Shown here: positions 39,733 to 51,644 of the stretch, one piece after another
Layout: each line of letters opens with the position of its first letter
Position numbering within the stretch: position 1 is the first letter of the stretch
From: Laetmonice hystrix
Lineage: Eukaryota
Reading direction: 5' to 3'
Length of the DNA: 64,000 nucleotides
Assembly (NCBI GenBank): GCA_965235115.1
Contig: OZ249436.1
Span: forward strand, 29,948,001 to 30,012,000
Program-made: the position numbers and the translations under genes
The notes under the pieces: generated by a model
What the model was told of the DNA's origin: nothing
Databases searched by the model: none
Seen by the model: the letters and a program-made list of their open reading frames with translations, nothing else

Positions 39733-42700
39733 TTATTCTTCCTTCTTCGTAACCTCAAATACGAAAATGACCCCGTTGTTCGCAAAAGAGTAGCGGGGTG
39801 TGACGGTTTTCTCTACAGTCTTCCAGAGTCCCTGCTCCTCTATCGCCTTCATGCGCGGTTCTAGGCGTCCACGGTATTCGACTACCTCCTCTAGATACTT
39901 CTCACGCATTACTATCACTACAAGTCCACCTTTAAATGTAGAGAATAAGTAGGGCGTGAAATGTGTGTGCTGGTAGAAAAAAAGGCAGTACAAAATGTAT
40001 AGGCATACTACTAGAGCATGTCAACTAACAAAGAGTTGTAAAGTGCTATAATTATACAGCTATTATATATAATAGTTGTCATGCAGAATCTGTCAGCCAC
40101 AGGACAAGGAAAACGTAATATGTGCTATTTGTGTAACAATTATATAATTAACTAGAGCTTACCTGATTTAACGACTCGTACCATCTCGTCTAATGCTGAA
40201 CACGGTATATGGCCCTCGCCCATGCCACCGCTGATTGCCAAAAGGTCGTACGAACCTAAGGACAGACGCCTCACATTTAGAACAATTTCAGTAGCTCTAT
40301 AGAGCCCCAACATTTGCAGAGAGGAGCACGAAATGAATTGCTACCAAGCTAAAGGTTGTATGAACTAAAGCTCACACTATCAACAATTAATTATTTCGCT
40401 CTCGACATTTGGGGTTCTCCACCATTAACAATTCACCGATGTTTTATGACCGAAAGATGGTCCAGTCTGAAGTAAATTGACAAAGTAGCTTAGTGAAATG
40501 ACTAACTAGTATAAATTGAACAACTATGGCTTACTCAAATGTGGCCGTAAGTTGAGGCAATCAATCAAAATGACGAAATTATTCAAAAGAAATTTTCAGT
40601 GTGTATTCACTGAAGCACCATGCGTAATTGAAGGGAAACTGGCATCTGCATTGTGTTTTTCAGACAAGGGGAATTACATAGGTCCAACCTTTTAGCTCAG
40701 ATTTGGGCAACCGCCACGAGTTCAGAAGACCCCCAGATAATATAGCTACGCAGGAACTGACAAAATGCTATACGAAGAACTTACTTGAAGTGAGACATGT
40801 GTCCTTCTGAGGGAATAGTTCAAGAATGTAATTCCGGTAAATGCCTTTCTTTTTCGCTACCTGTAGCATGCCCTCTGCTGGTTCCAGGCCATCTGTAGTC
40901 GTGTAACCCCTCTCCTTCAACTTAATTCAAAGAAAACTTCCATAATTATAATCCTATCGTAATCAATTTAATGTGTAGGCCTATATATTTCAAAAACTAT
41001 GCATTATAATTCAATAAAATTTCTCCTAACATCACTTCATGATTTGATTTTGATGTTTGATTTTGATATTGATCCCGTGGCGCTAAAAACAAAAATCATT
41101 GTCTAAAAGTGCAATGCCGGAATTAAGTCAAATATCATGCAGCTGCCAGGTGTCCAATTTGACACCCGTTTGATGCACCGCATTGTGCCTTGGGTAAACA
41201 AAAATTCAATATTTAGTTTTTGCATGTTTTACAATGTGTATAATGTTGTGGACCACTAGATATAATAAATTATGTGCTATCCCTAGTACTTCTAAAGAAA
41301 ACCAGATGTTTAATGTGCCAAACCCTACAGAGAAACTGCAACATTAGGATGATATGACTGTAACCAGAAGTTGAAGGGAAATCGTATCATTATAAAGTTT
41401 AGCAACACGTTCAGAACGTTGCGTATTTTCCAATGTTGGGAAGATATTTCCCGATCAGAGATCAGGAAGTGCATTGGCTCATGGAAAAAGAGACTGAGAC
41501 CAGTATGAAGTGAAAACGGGGGACCGATTGACCACCTCCTCTAGTGTGAGGCCAGGGACTCAGGGTGCGACTACAACTCACTTTAGCCCGGCATTGCGCT
41601 TTTGTACAGTGATTTTTGTTTTTAGAACCACAGAAATAATTGCGTTGTAACATTAACAACTAATAAGCAACATCATGAAGTGGTATTAAGAAAAATTTCA
41701 TTCAATTATAATAATAATTACTCTACCCGATAGGGGTAGTAAGGAGAAAACGATCTATGAATATTAAAGACTGATATTCGAGCTCGGCAATGTTTGGCTT
41801 TCCGGTCGGGGATTTCTAGGTCAGGTCAGGGGTCACTCAAACGGCAGTACCCAACCTGTGGCAGAGATTAAATGAAGGGAACGATCTCTGTCAGGAGAGT
41901 GGGAGCGATGGGAAGCGGCTGCCATTACCTGAGCCGTTTCAGTCCAAAACAAACCTGACGCGCATGCGCGCGGTGTTTAGGTATCTTTAGGTGCCTTCAG
42001 TGGGCAAGGCCGTTGAGACAAAGGAGCAGTGAACATTGTCTGAATCCCGTTGAAAATAGCTGTTTGTACGTCTCTACGGTAGTGCCAATAGCTTTTAATG
42101 TAACTAAACTATCTAGAAACAATCTCTGTGGAAAAGCCACTTGTGTTGATTTGGATATAACGACTGCCTTTAAGTTCAGAAATCCGGTAAACTTTGAAAC
42201 ACACCTTTTCTCCCAAGAAGCCGGTGCCAGCGGCAACATCCAGAATGCTCATATCTTTTTGATCAGGTCTGTGTTTCATGATGACGTCTGCACAGATTTC
42301 TGGACCACGATAGTTCTGTGGGCCGAGATCCTAAAATTGAAAGGAGAAAAACGTTAAGAAGAACAGACAGGACAATGTATAATATCATAAGGGCGTAAAC
42401 GGAAAGCGGGCGGGGGAGAATATAGGCTCGGGTCGCTGTCATCTGGCGATGAGGACAGCATGGGCCTGGAGAATGTTTTACAAAATCAAAAGGTCTAAAT
42501 TGTAAAACAACGCCAAATCTCCAATCAGCATGCATGTATATACCTTCCATATACATTTGTATTAGATATATACATATATCTATGATAAATGATGATGATA
42601 ACTATACATGTATAGGCCTATGTAATACTGTAAACCCTCATAGATGATAACTATTGATGTAATGTAGGCCTATATAATTTAGCTCATAGCCTTGCCCGCT

Positions 42701-44165
42701 GATAAAGAGGCTGCCGCGCGGGCAGCGGTGGAGACAAAACACTGATAGAGGCCATCCTTCCACTGAGAACTCCTAACAGCAAGGCCCGTAACTCACAACT
42801 GTACGAACCTTCTCAAATTCACCGATAACGATGCTCGCAAAGAACCCCCGGAAACCGAAAAAGAAAAGTCTAATAATAACAGCGGCGTCGGCTTCGCTAG
42901 CGGAATGCATGACGTGCGCACTATGAAATTATAATTGAAGTCATCAAGCCTATAGCTGAGTTCAGGTCTAGAGCGGGGAAAGTGCGGTTTGTGTGTGCGT
43001 GCGGGTGTGGGTGGGGGTGGTGGGCAAGATAAATACATAATATTGAAGCCCCATGAAATGGAAGAATTTGACAGTAATTTGGGCCAATTAATCTTCTTTG
43101 CATATTGGCCTATAATACGGCCTTGGCTAGAACATGATAGCGTTTTGTTTTATCATTTGTGTTTTAATAATATCAACAGAATTATGGAATCTGTTTGATG
43201 TCTTTGTACAACTATGATTTATATACCGTGGTAAACAACATGAAATTGCAGAATAATATATATGACAATCATTGAACATGAGCTGCAGAAAGATAACGGT
43301 CACGTTTTCAAATTTCACAAAATTCTTGCTAAAACAGCTGTGGAGAAAATCATTCAATTAATCTGTTTTTACCAACCAGACAAAAGACATTATAAGTTGC
43401 ACAATGAGGAAAGCTGAAATCAGTTGTTTGCCGCCGTTTTACCATAACGCAATTATTAGCTTGTTTGTGTAGCCGCCATATAGGCACCACCAATATCACT
43501 GAAAACAATTCTTTACATTTAGAAGTGTATTAGCAATTATTTTGTCTGAGTAATACTGGTAGGCCTACAATCAAATCATGCAGAGCGTAGCGAGGGTAAC
43601 ATTTTGTAGATGGGCTTCCCCTGGATCCCCCACTGCCAGGCGAGTATATGGCATTCAGTTGGTTGCACAACTTAGAACTCTTTGGTCTCACCTGACTTGG
43701 TGGGAGGATCGGGTGATGAATCATAAAAAAAGTCATTTCATCCTCTCGCTGTTGTGGTACATTCACACCACAGAAGCTACGCTACAAATCGACAGCTGCA
43801 CAAACTTTTATGATTTTCTTATGAAATTTAACAAACTTGAGAATGGAAACATTAATGTCATGCCAATTTAATGAATAGACCTATTTACATAAAATCCCAT
43901 TAAAAGTAATCTTTTGGCATACAGTCAAAACTTGCTATATAGGCATGATAATGGTGAAATGAAGATCGACTTTATCTTAGTGTCCTTGCACTGAACGGCC
44001 TCCATTTCTATATATCAGCCTACTTACCACATCATATGTGCCCTTTTCAGCCCATTTTGTGTAGTACTCAAGCACATCTTCAGTTGCAATTCCCGGTTTG
44101 TGCGCACCGTAGTTGACTTCGTATGCCGTCTCGTCAATATGTTCTACCGAGTTTTGTGAAGCCAT
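39733..44165 (-). CDS. METTL27: METTL27/WBSCR27-like methyltransferase, copy C (complete, 229 aa)
   Basis: Exons 44165-44028, 42330-42205, 40920-40785, 40255-40163 and 39929-39733 total 690 nt. Exons 2-5 (126/136/93/197 nt) match copy B in size. Contains YTKWA..TYD, ILDVAAGTG, EPAEGML, GEGHIP and KSGG. Confidence 0.85.
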
Positions 44166-44694
44166 GTTTCAGTGTGTCTTCCAACCCGCTGCAATAATAA
44201 GGGCGAAATGACCAGAAACAGAGCGACACCGTCCTAACTCGTCCGACTGGCATCCGCAGCCGTTGTGGGAAATGCGAAACGCGATGATTCGGTTTATAGG
44301 ACTCTGTGCACCGAACGTTGCTGCGCAACCGCAGAGTCAAGTTGATATACCTAAGCCGTGAAGTCCTAACAATCAATGTACAACTCGGTATATTTCGGCC
44401 AGGAACTTGTTGAATCTCGTACAAACGTCGTCAATAGGGGTATTATAAAACACAAGAGAATGACATTCCGGCACCAATAAAGTAAACGTAAACAGGTGCA
44501 AAGCAAAGAGGGGTCAGATTAACGGGATATGAGCCACATTACCTATTATAACACCTCGCGGGGTTGAGGCGGCTTTAGGGGCAGGTACACCTATACTGAG
44601 CTATTGTTTCGGTTGAGTATCACCCTGCTCAAACAGGAAATTAATGGCCTATACCCCCGTAATCTAAATCTTAGTTTGTGACGTCACTCGCTGA

Positions 44695-45029
44695 AGGTGC
44701 CTTTCCACTGACGCGGTTTTGCCGGCCGGCTATAGCATGCACGGCTGCATGCGAAAAAATCGAACGAGTAATATCCAATGGTATAGCATTTCCATTGGCG
44801 CGTTTAGCCGGCGGGCTGCTAGCCCGGCCAGCTAGAGAATCGAGCAGGGTTCGATTTTTTTACGACCAGCGCGGCTCAGCCGCGAGGGAATTCCATGAAA
44901 ATGACGTCATCCCTAGGATATCCCATATTTCGTTCACTTTTTGGCCGTTTCTCTTTTCATGACTGCAATATTTCACGGCACACCTGTAGGCTAGCCGGCC
45001 GGATAAACCGCGTCAGTGGAAAGGCGGCC
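44695..45029. mobile_element. Harbinger-like MITE
   Basis: GCCTTTCCACTGACGCGGTTT...AAACCGCGTCAGTGGAAAGGC with TGA on both flanks. Confidence 0.75.
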
Positions 45030-45243
45030 TGACGGTATTTAAAGGGAGGGAAAACCCACACGGCAAATAAGGTTTCGTAGACCAAATGAAACACCAGCAT
45101 TTACCTCAGGGCAATAAATGCCACAATTACGTTGTCTGAATGAAGTAATTAACGTGTAACTGCCCGATGTGTGACGCCGCTGGTTCTGCTTGTGTGTTCA
45201 TCACAGCCAAATGCTGCACACCACGGCATATTGCGTAACATTA

Positions 45244-45477
45244 AAGGCCTTGTCCACTGAGCTTGCGGCCGTGCGATTTTCCTTGCGACGCCCATGCGAT
45301 TTTGATATCACCCTTTTATTTTACTATAATTTTGAGATTAAAGGATGGAACCCATTTCCTGAAACGGAGAAGGCCAGCCAGGAAAGATTTCAGAGTGAAA
45401 TTCCACCATTAAATCAAAAATCGCATGACCGTCGCAAGGGGAATCGCACGGCCGCAAGCTTAGTGGACAAGGCGCTT
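45244..45477. mobile_element. Harbinger-like MITE
   Basis: TIR of ~45 bp: GCCTTGTCCACTGAGCTTGCGGCCGTGCGATT... / ...AATCGCACGGCCGCAAGCTTAGTGGACAAGGC. Confidence 0.8.
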
Positions 45478-45485
45478 TTCGTGTA

Positions 45486-45778
45486 AAGCTGTGTACACAT
45501 GTAGCGTTTTTGCGGCAACGGCAACGATAATGCGGCAATGCGGCAGCGGCCAAAAAAATCGCCAAAATGAAATCCAGTGAATGTGTACACATGCGTACGG
45601 TAACGGCAATACGACTATCCGACTATCTACCAGGCAAATAGTCGGGTAGTCGTATTGCCGTTACCGTACGCATGTGTACACATTCACTGAGTTTCATTTT
45701 GGCGATTTTTTTGGCCGCTGCCGCATTGCCGCATTATCGTTGCCGTTGCCGCAAAAACGCTACATGTGTTCACAGCTT
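45486..45778. mobile_element. Near-perfect 293-bp palindromic MITE
   Basis: TA|AAGCTGTGTACACATGTAG...CTACATGTGTTCACAGCTT|TA; the arms pair almost to the centre near 45632. Confidence 0.88.
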
Positions 45779-47197
45779 TACTCGGCTCACAGACCTTGTC
45801 TGCACGATGTTTGGTGTCCCAACGTTTGTAAACGTTCGAGGTGTTGAACCACCGTCTCCCTAGGAGAAATTGACACTTCACGCCCCACCACCGTTTCCCT
45901 CCCAGGTGAAGAAGAGACCTTTGGCTCCACGATAGAAAATTCGAGAAGGATAGTTATGCTGAGAAATTATATTTGAACTAGGCCTATGTGCCTGTGCGTA
46001 GGGGTCGACTATTTACTCTGTGTTCATGCGCGATGCCGCTTCACTGGGGTTTGCGCAAATTCTGGGAAAATGGCGGCTTCATACATCCGAGTGCTGTGCC
46101 TACCAGACGCATCCGCTATAACAGATAGTTTGGTTCCCTACCCCTAGGTGGCTAAGCGCAAATAGGGCTAGGTACAATCGGAACACCGAGCCCTTTACGA
46201 TGTAGAGAGACTCGGATACCAATCAGAGGTCGCCATATTGGGTCAGATGGGGTCAGCGCACTGTTGGCTTAGGTAAACTGAAGTTTTGGTGTATGATGTG
46301 TGCTGCCACCTTACGGCTGCTCAACTCACTGTTGGAAATCTCCTGTAACAAGGAAAGTAAAAGGGAAAGCTCTGTGTGCGTTTTCCGGTTTCAAGAAAGG
46401 ACGAAGGATCGTTGTTCTTTTTGCTCGTTCACAATCCTCCTCAATCCACCATCAAAATGAGTTCTTCAACCTCTACACGCACTACTTTCGTACCGTCGCA
46501 TGTAAACGACACGCATGCTGGCCGAGTTCGATTGCACTACCCTAGGGTCGAGTAGGTACATTTACGTCATCATCATGTGATCACTTCCCTATCATCTGCG
46601 CATGTCGAGTAAGAGTTCGAAACGAACGCAACATGCTTGTTTAAACATGGCGAACGCTGGCGGGCCATTCAACATGCCAAACTGGCAGATGATCCTAGGG
46701 TCGCATTTCGCAAGTTACACAATAAAATAGAATAAAAACAAATCACATCACTTTATTTTCTCTGCAAAATAAATCAACCCCACAGGCCGATCCATGCAGA
46801 CCATCAGGCAAATTTGATTTTGTAGACTGCTCTGCTATCTGTTACATTTACACCAAATGGCATTCCTAATTATTTCCATTGAGGTAAACTCATTATCCCA
46901 ACGTTTTTCACACATGAAATATATACGAAACATAGGGCCTATATAGCCTGGGATTTAGGGGGGGGGGGGCTCCAGCCAATGCCAGATGTTTCGTAAACAA
47001 GATGTTTTATTAAGATGTTTCATAAATGAGGTTTCGTAAACAAGTTGGGTAGCTACAAAACAGCTTCATATTGTCAGTCCTGAGCCTGAGAGTTAGAAAA
47101 CTTGGACATATTGGACATTTCCATCTACTGGGTGTATTAATTAGGCCTACTTACAATTTATTAGTTATGAAAGTCGATAGGCCTATAGGCCTATTAC

Positions 47198-47345
47198 CAG
47201 GCCCATACCGGGGGGGCAGGGGTTCCGGCCCCCCTCCATGATACTTCAATGGAATTCCTTAGAATCGGTGCGAATAAACCGGCCTACACTTACATTTGCC
47301 CCCCTTAGGAACCCCTCGCATAGGCCAATCCTGGGTACGGGCCTG
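47198..47345. mobile_element. CAG-ended MITE with degenerate 5-bp TSD
   Basis: ATTAC|CAGGCCCATACC...GGTACGGGCCTG|ATTAG. Confidence 0.7.
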
Positions 47346-47934
47346 ATTAGGCCCTACAGTCGCCTATTTGTTCGCTTTTACTCCGACGCGCTCCAAGCTT
47401 TTCTTGCCTGGAACCTTCTCACTGCCGTGACCGACCGGCTCAGTGGTAGGGTGTTGCCGGGCTCCGAAGGCCGAGAACGCCGGCAACACCGTCACTGGAT
47501 CCCTGCCTACTTCCCTGGCATAGGCCTATAACAAGACGCACATTTTATCGCTTATAATGCGCCGAATCATTATATCCTACACAACATGTAAACATTGCCC
47601 TTACATGTTCTTCGTGGCCATTTTGTCACGTGGTTTGTCAGACTCAACCCTCGTGTCGGCCAGGGTTGAGTCGGACCGGGTAAATGGGTCACATTCAGGC
47701 CCGTAGCCAGGGGGTGTTCGGGGTGTTCGAACGAACCACCCCCCTGGACCCATGGTCCCCCCTGACAGGGGATCTGGTCCCCCCTGACAGTGATCAGATG
47801 GGGTTATCATGGGTCCAGCTCGTGTCTGCAGGGTGTCCACCTGACCAACCCCCCCCCCCCCCCCGACCCATGGTCCCCTCTGAATTCTGAATTCAAAAAT
47901 TTTCTGGGGTGTCACTGCACATGTTATTGATCTA

Positions 47935-48557
47935 CACTGTAAAAAATAGCTGCGTATTTTTACAGTTAATTTCACTGGCGTCCCAGCTGCCATTTATAAT
48001 AGGCTGTGGCTATTCGCAGAGCAGCTGTGCAAATAAGGGACGTGACCATGCTTATTTGCACAGCGGCAAATAGACTATTAATTCAAATAGACCTAATCCT
48101 AAACTTACCTTAACCCTAACCGAGGGGCGTACAGGTACAGGTTGGAAATTCACGAATTGCAAACACCCTATTTGAATTGGAGTGAGTCGGCAAAGTGAGC
48201 TGCTGTGCAAATAAGAATGGCCATGCCTCTTATTCGCACAGCCGCTCGATTTGGTCACGTGATTAGAATGACGCTCTGTCGTTGGTTTCATTGGTTTGTT
48301 TGCTCTGCAAATAAGCATGGTCACGTCCCTTATTTGCACAGCTGCTCTGCGAATAGCCAGTGCCTTTATGATAACTCTAGCCTAATTAAACAGGCAACAT
48401 ACGTAAATTTGACAGAAACATTTGTAATTTTATGGCATTTTTATTTGTAAGTGTAAAGATTACTGCGTTATTTTACAGATAACTCTACTGTAAAATAAAT
48501 TTATACCAAATAAAGCTGTAAATTTTGTCTGTTATTCTACAAATATTTTTTACAGTG
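47935..48557. mobile_element. CACTG-ended (CACTA/EnSpm-like) MITE with 2-bp TSD
   Basis: TA|CACTGTAAAAAATA...TATTTTTTACAGTG|TA. Confidence 0.8.
48002..48364. mobile_element. Nested MULE-like MITE with 9-bp TSD
   Basis: TTTATAATA|GGCTGTGGCTATTCGCAGAGCAGC...GCTGCTCTGCGAATAGCCAGTGCC|TTTATGATA, with a TIR of ~58 bp. Confidence 0.8.
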
Positions 48558-51187
48558 TAGCTATAGGCCGAAATGCTTTGAGAAACTTCACAATTTAGAT
48601 CTCCAGATGACGGGAAGTAGCAGGAGAGTTGCCTTCTAAAATCAAAAATTTTCTGGGGGAGGACCCCCAGAGCCCGGCGCATGTTTGCGCATCTTTACTT
48701 CCCCTATATCGTGCAGTGCTGATCCACTGAACTGCTCCCGTCCCCACTCCGGCCCGCCGATGCCGGGCTTCCTGCATGTCGGTCCCCCTTTGGTCCGCCA
48801 ACGAACCATCCCCTCTGGATAGCTGGCTATACGGACCTGCATATGACGCCACGCGGCTCGCTATACCCTTGGGTTTTTTCAGGGGGCGGGGGGGGGGGTT
48901 ATCCACGTTCGCAGCGCCATCTAGGTCGTGCGATAATAGAGAATTAACCAAAACAATGCGGCCGAGACGACTCAAAGTAAAATCGAGTGCTTTGACAAAA
49001 ATGCTGTCTATACGTTAAAACGTAATCAATTTGCCAAATTCGAGTTAGAGTCGCTTACACAGTAGTATCTTCTTTCTAATTATATCAGATTTGCGAACTT
49101 TTGTGCTCTAAAAATATATATTTAACCAATTCATCGGACGTCGTCCGCCATTCTGCCATGACTGATAAATTGCTAAAAAAATGGTTAACTTTAGACGCTG
49201 ACCATACGTTAACTAGACGAGCGTTAAAAAATCAGTTACCACCGTTAGAAAGCTCATCATTTTTTGTATCTAATTCTTCAACCCCGCTCGCAAGCGCTCC
49301 AAGATTTCTGTGTCATTAGAGCACTTTTCTGATATAGTCTGTCTTGGCCACTGGTATCGGAAAGACGGCCAGGGATGTCCGGCTATACACGTCGAGTCGC
49401 GGCAAGCACAGACCATGCCCCCGGGCTCGAGTCGCTGTCAGTGTCAGCCGACAATAAACTCGTAATTTTTCATACACTGCGCTCGGAATCGTTATTAAAC
49501 TTACCACCCACAAAGGCTCAAATATGTTTTAAAGCTATAGGAGCATGTTTCTTAATACCTCAGACTGACAAAATTTTCAAAAAACGAGTGAAGGCTTGAT
49601 CCTGTCCAACGCGTGAACACGGCTGCAGGCCGTTCTGCTCGAGTCCGGCTTGGTACTGGCACGCTCGGTCTCTGCGATCGCTATTATGTTTGGTCGTATA
49701 GAGGGCGCTGCGAACGCTGCAATAGCCCTATGCACATATCAACAGGGCCGTAGTTAGAAATGTCTGAGTGTGGGGGCAGTCAGGGGCGAATCCAGGAAAT
49801 AGAATTTGGTAAAGGGGATGTCCCCCATGGGTGCGAGCGCCGAAGGCGCGAAGCCATGAAGGGGGGTCTGGGGGCCCTCCTCCAGAAAAAATTTAAATTA
49901 CAGTGCCAAATACGCGATATAGACCAGCCTTTAGGGCTATAATAGGCCTAGACAATTGGACATTTAGATTTTAAATATCTTTCGTAAAAACAAAAAAGGG
50001 CACTTGAGGGGGAGAGAAAAGGGGTGCACTGCTTAAAGTGAAATGAGTTCCATAAATTTGCATGGCCGGGGTGGATCCAGAGCTGCTTCTTGACCATGCA
50101 CTGATATTGAAACTGGTTTCCAATACCAGTGGTTCCAACGTTTAAGAATGTGAAATGCAGCAGCAAAGCCACTGTAGGCACGAACTGTTTGTAGGGTGGT
50201 CCGGGGGCATGCTCCCCTCGGCAGGAATTTTTTTTAAACTAGCAGTGAAATGGTGCATTCTGGGGGCATTTTGGCCATGTTTCAGAAATCTGAGAGCTAT
50301 TACTGAGGCACAGTATAGGCCTACAAGGAATCTCTTTAGATTTTTAGATTGGGAAGTAACCCCCCCCCCCCTCCCGGGTGGTTCTCGCCCCTTCTGAGAT
50401 ATCAGTGCGTTCTGCCCCTGGTCACGTCATATTGAATATGGGCGTGCTAGGGGGGTCTGCATCTGGGGTCCGGGACATGTTCCCCCAGAAAAAAATGAAA
50501 AATTGGAGGCCTAACAACCATACATCTGGGGTATTTTTCAATTGGCAGGGCATATTTGTGCCCCCTCCCCCAACTGAAATATCGGTCCCACGCCCCTGGG
50601 CAGACCTTTTTATCTTGACTAGGCGGACCTTGGCTGGCTCTGCGGGTAGGTTACGAGTAACCCAAGTAACCCCCCCCCCCCCCCCCAGCCTACGGGCCTG
50701 CACTCGGACCGGTCGGATCGACTCCAGAGTTCCAAACGAACTCTGCCAGCCATGTCCCTCAAAAACAGCACGCAGAGTCTCCAGTTGTTTATCCTTCCGT
50801 GGCCTCGGAGTCTCAACCTCAGTCCTCACTGTAAAATACCGTATAGACTCTACGCCTACCTACCGAAAGATTAGTTTATCCTGGCCGCGAATATTATGGA
50901 CTGTCTACCGGCCCCTCCTCTGCCTGAGCCGACGCTGCACCCCGGCAGGATGGGGCCAGCCCGGGCTGCCTCCAGGGGCGGGCTGCAGCCCACGGCACGG
51001 CCCACAGCCGCGCCCGGGTTCCCAGTGCCTAACCTGCCGTCACCCATTCGGGAACCCTCGGGAAAGTCCGCCACCTTCCGGTGGGTTCGGATTTTCACCT
51101 CGGGCCGACTTCGATTGGGAACTCGAGGGTCGAGTAGCATTCGAGTAGGTGTTGCAGGGGCTGTGACGTCATCTAACACACTGGATA

Positions 51188-51644
51188 GTCGATTTGCCCT
51201 CTAAATGAGGGCGGCGCCATACCTTCCAGTGAGGGGAACCCCCTCTGAGGTGGGGTTTAACACATTCTGGCAAAGGCAAGATGTCAACACGCCAGCGGTA
51301 GCTTCACAAAACCTGACGAGAAGCAAGTCTTCAGGAAGGTAAGGTTTATGATTTGCGGTGCCATTGCGTAAGCGAGGATCCCTAGAACCATCCAACGTGT
51401 AGAATACATTTCCCTTCGACTGTCGCAGTAGAGAGCGCAAGATTTTACACTGTAAAAAGTTAGTGTTCAGAGTTTTGCCCACGTTGAACGCAACACTGCA
51501 GTGCAAAATCTTATGCTCTCTACTGCGACAGTGGAAGGGAAATGATAGACGTTAGCTGATTCTTAAAATCTTGCCTCTGCCAGAATACGTTACAAACCAC
51601 TTCCCTCACTGGAAGGCGTCTCCTCATCTCGAGGGCAAATCGAC
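51188..51644. repeat. Diverged palindromic element
   Basis: Nested complementary blocks GTCGATTTGCCCTC/GAGGGCAAATCGAC, CCTTCCAGTGAGGG/CCCTCACTGGAAGG and CTGTCGCAGTAGAGAGC/GCTCTCTACTGCGACAG. Confidence 0.75.

Larger units (their letters stand above)
45043..45903 (+). mobile_element. Kolobok-like element, copy 2, with two nested MITEs
   Basis: TTAA|AGGGAGGGAAAAC...GTTTCCCTCCC. Nested MITEs lie at 45244-45477 and 45486-45778. Confidence 0.7.

Noticed and set aside
50378..51148. 256-aa ORF, the longest in the window
   Set aside because: It crosses several unrelated GC-rich repeat fragments and has no recognisable motif.
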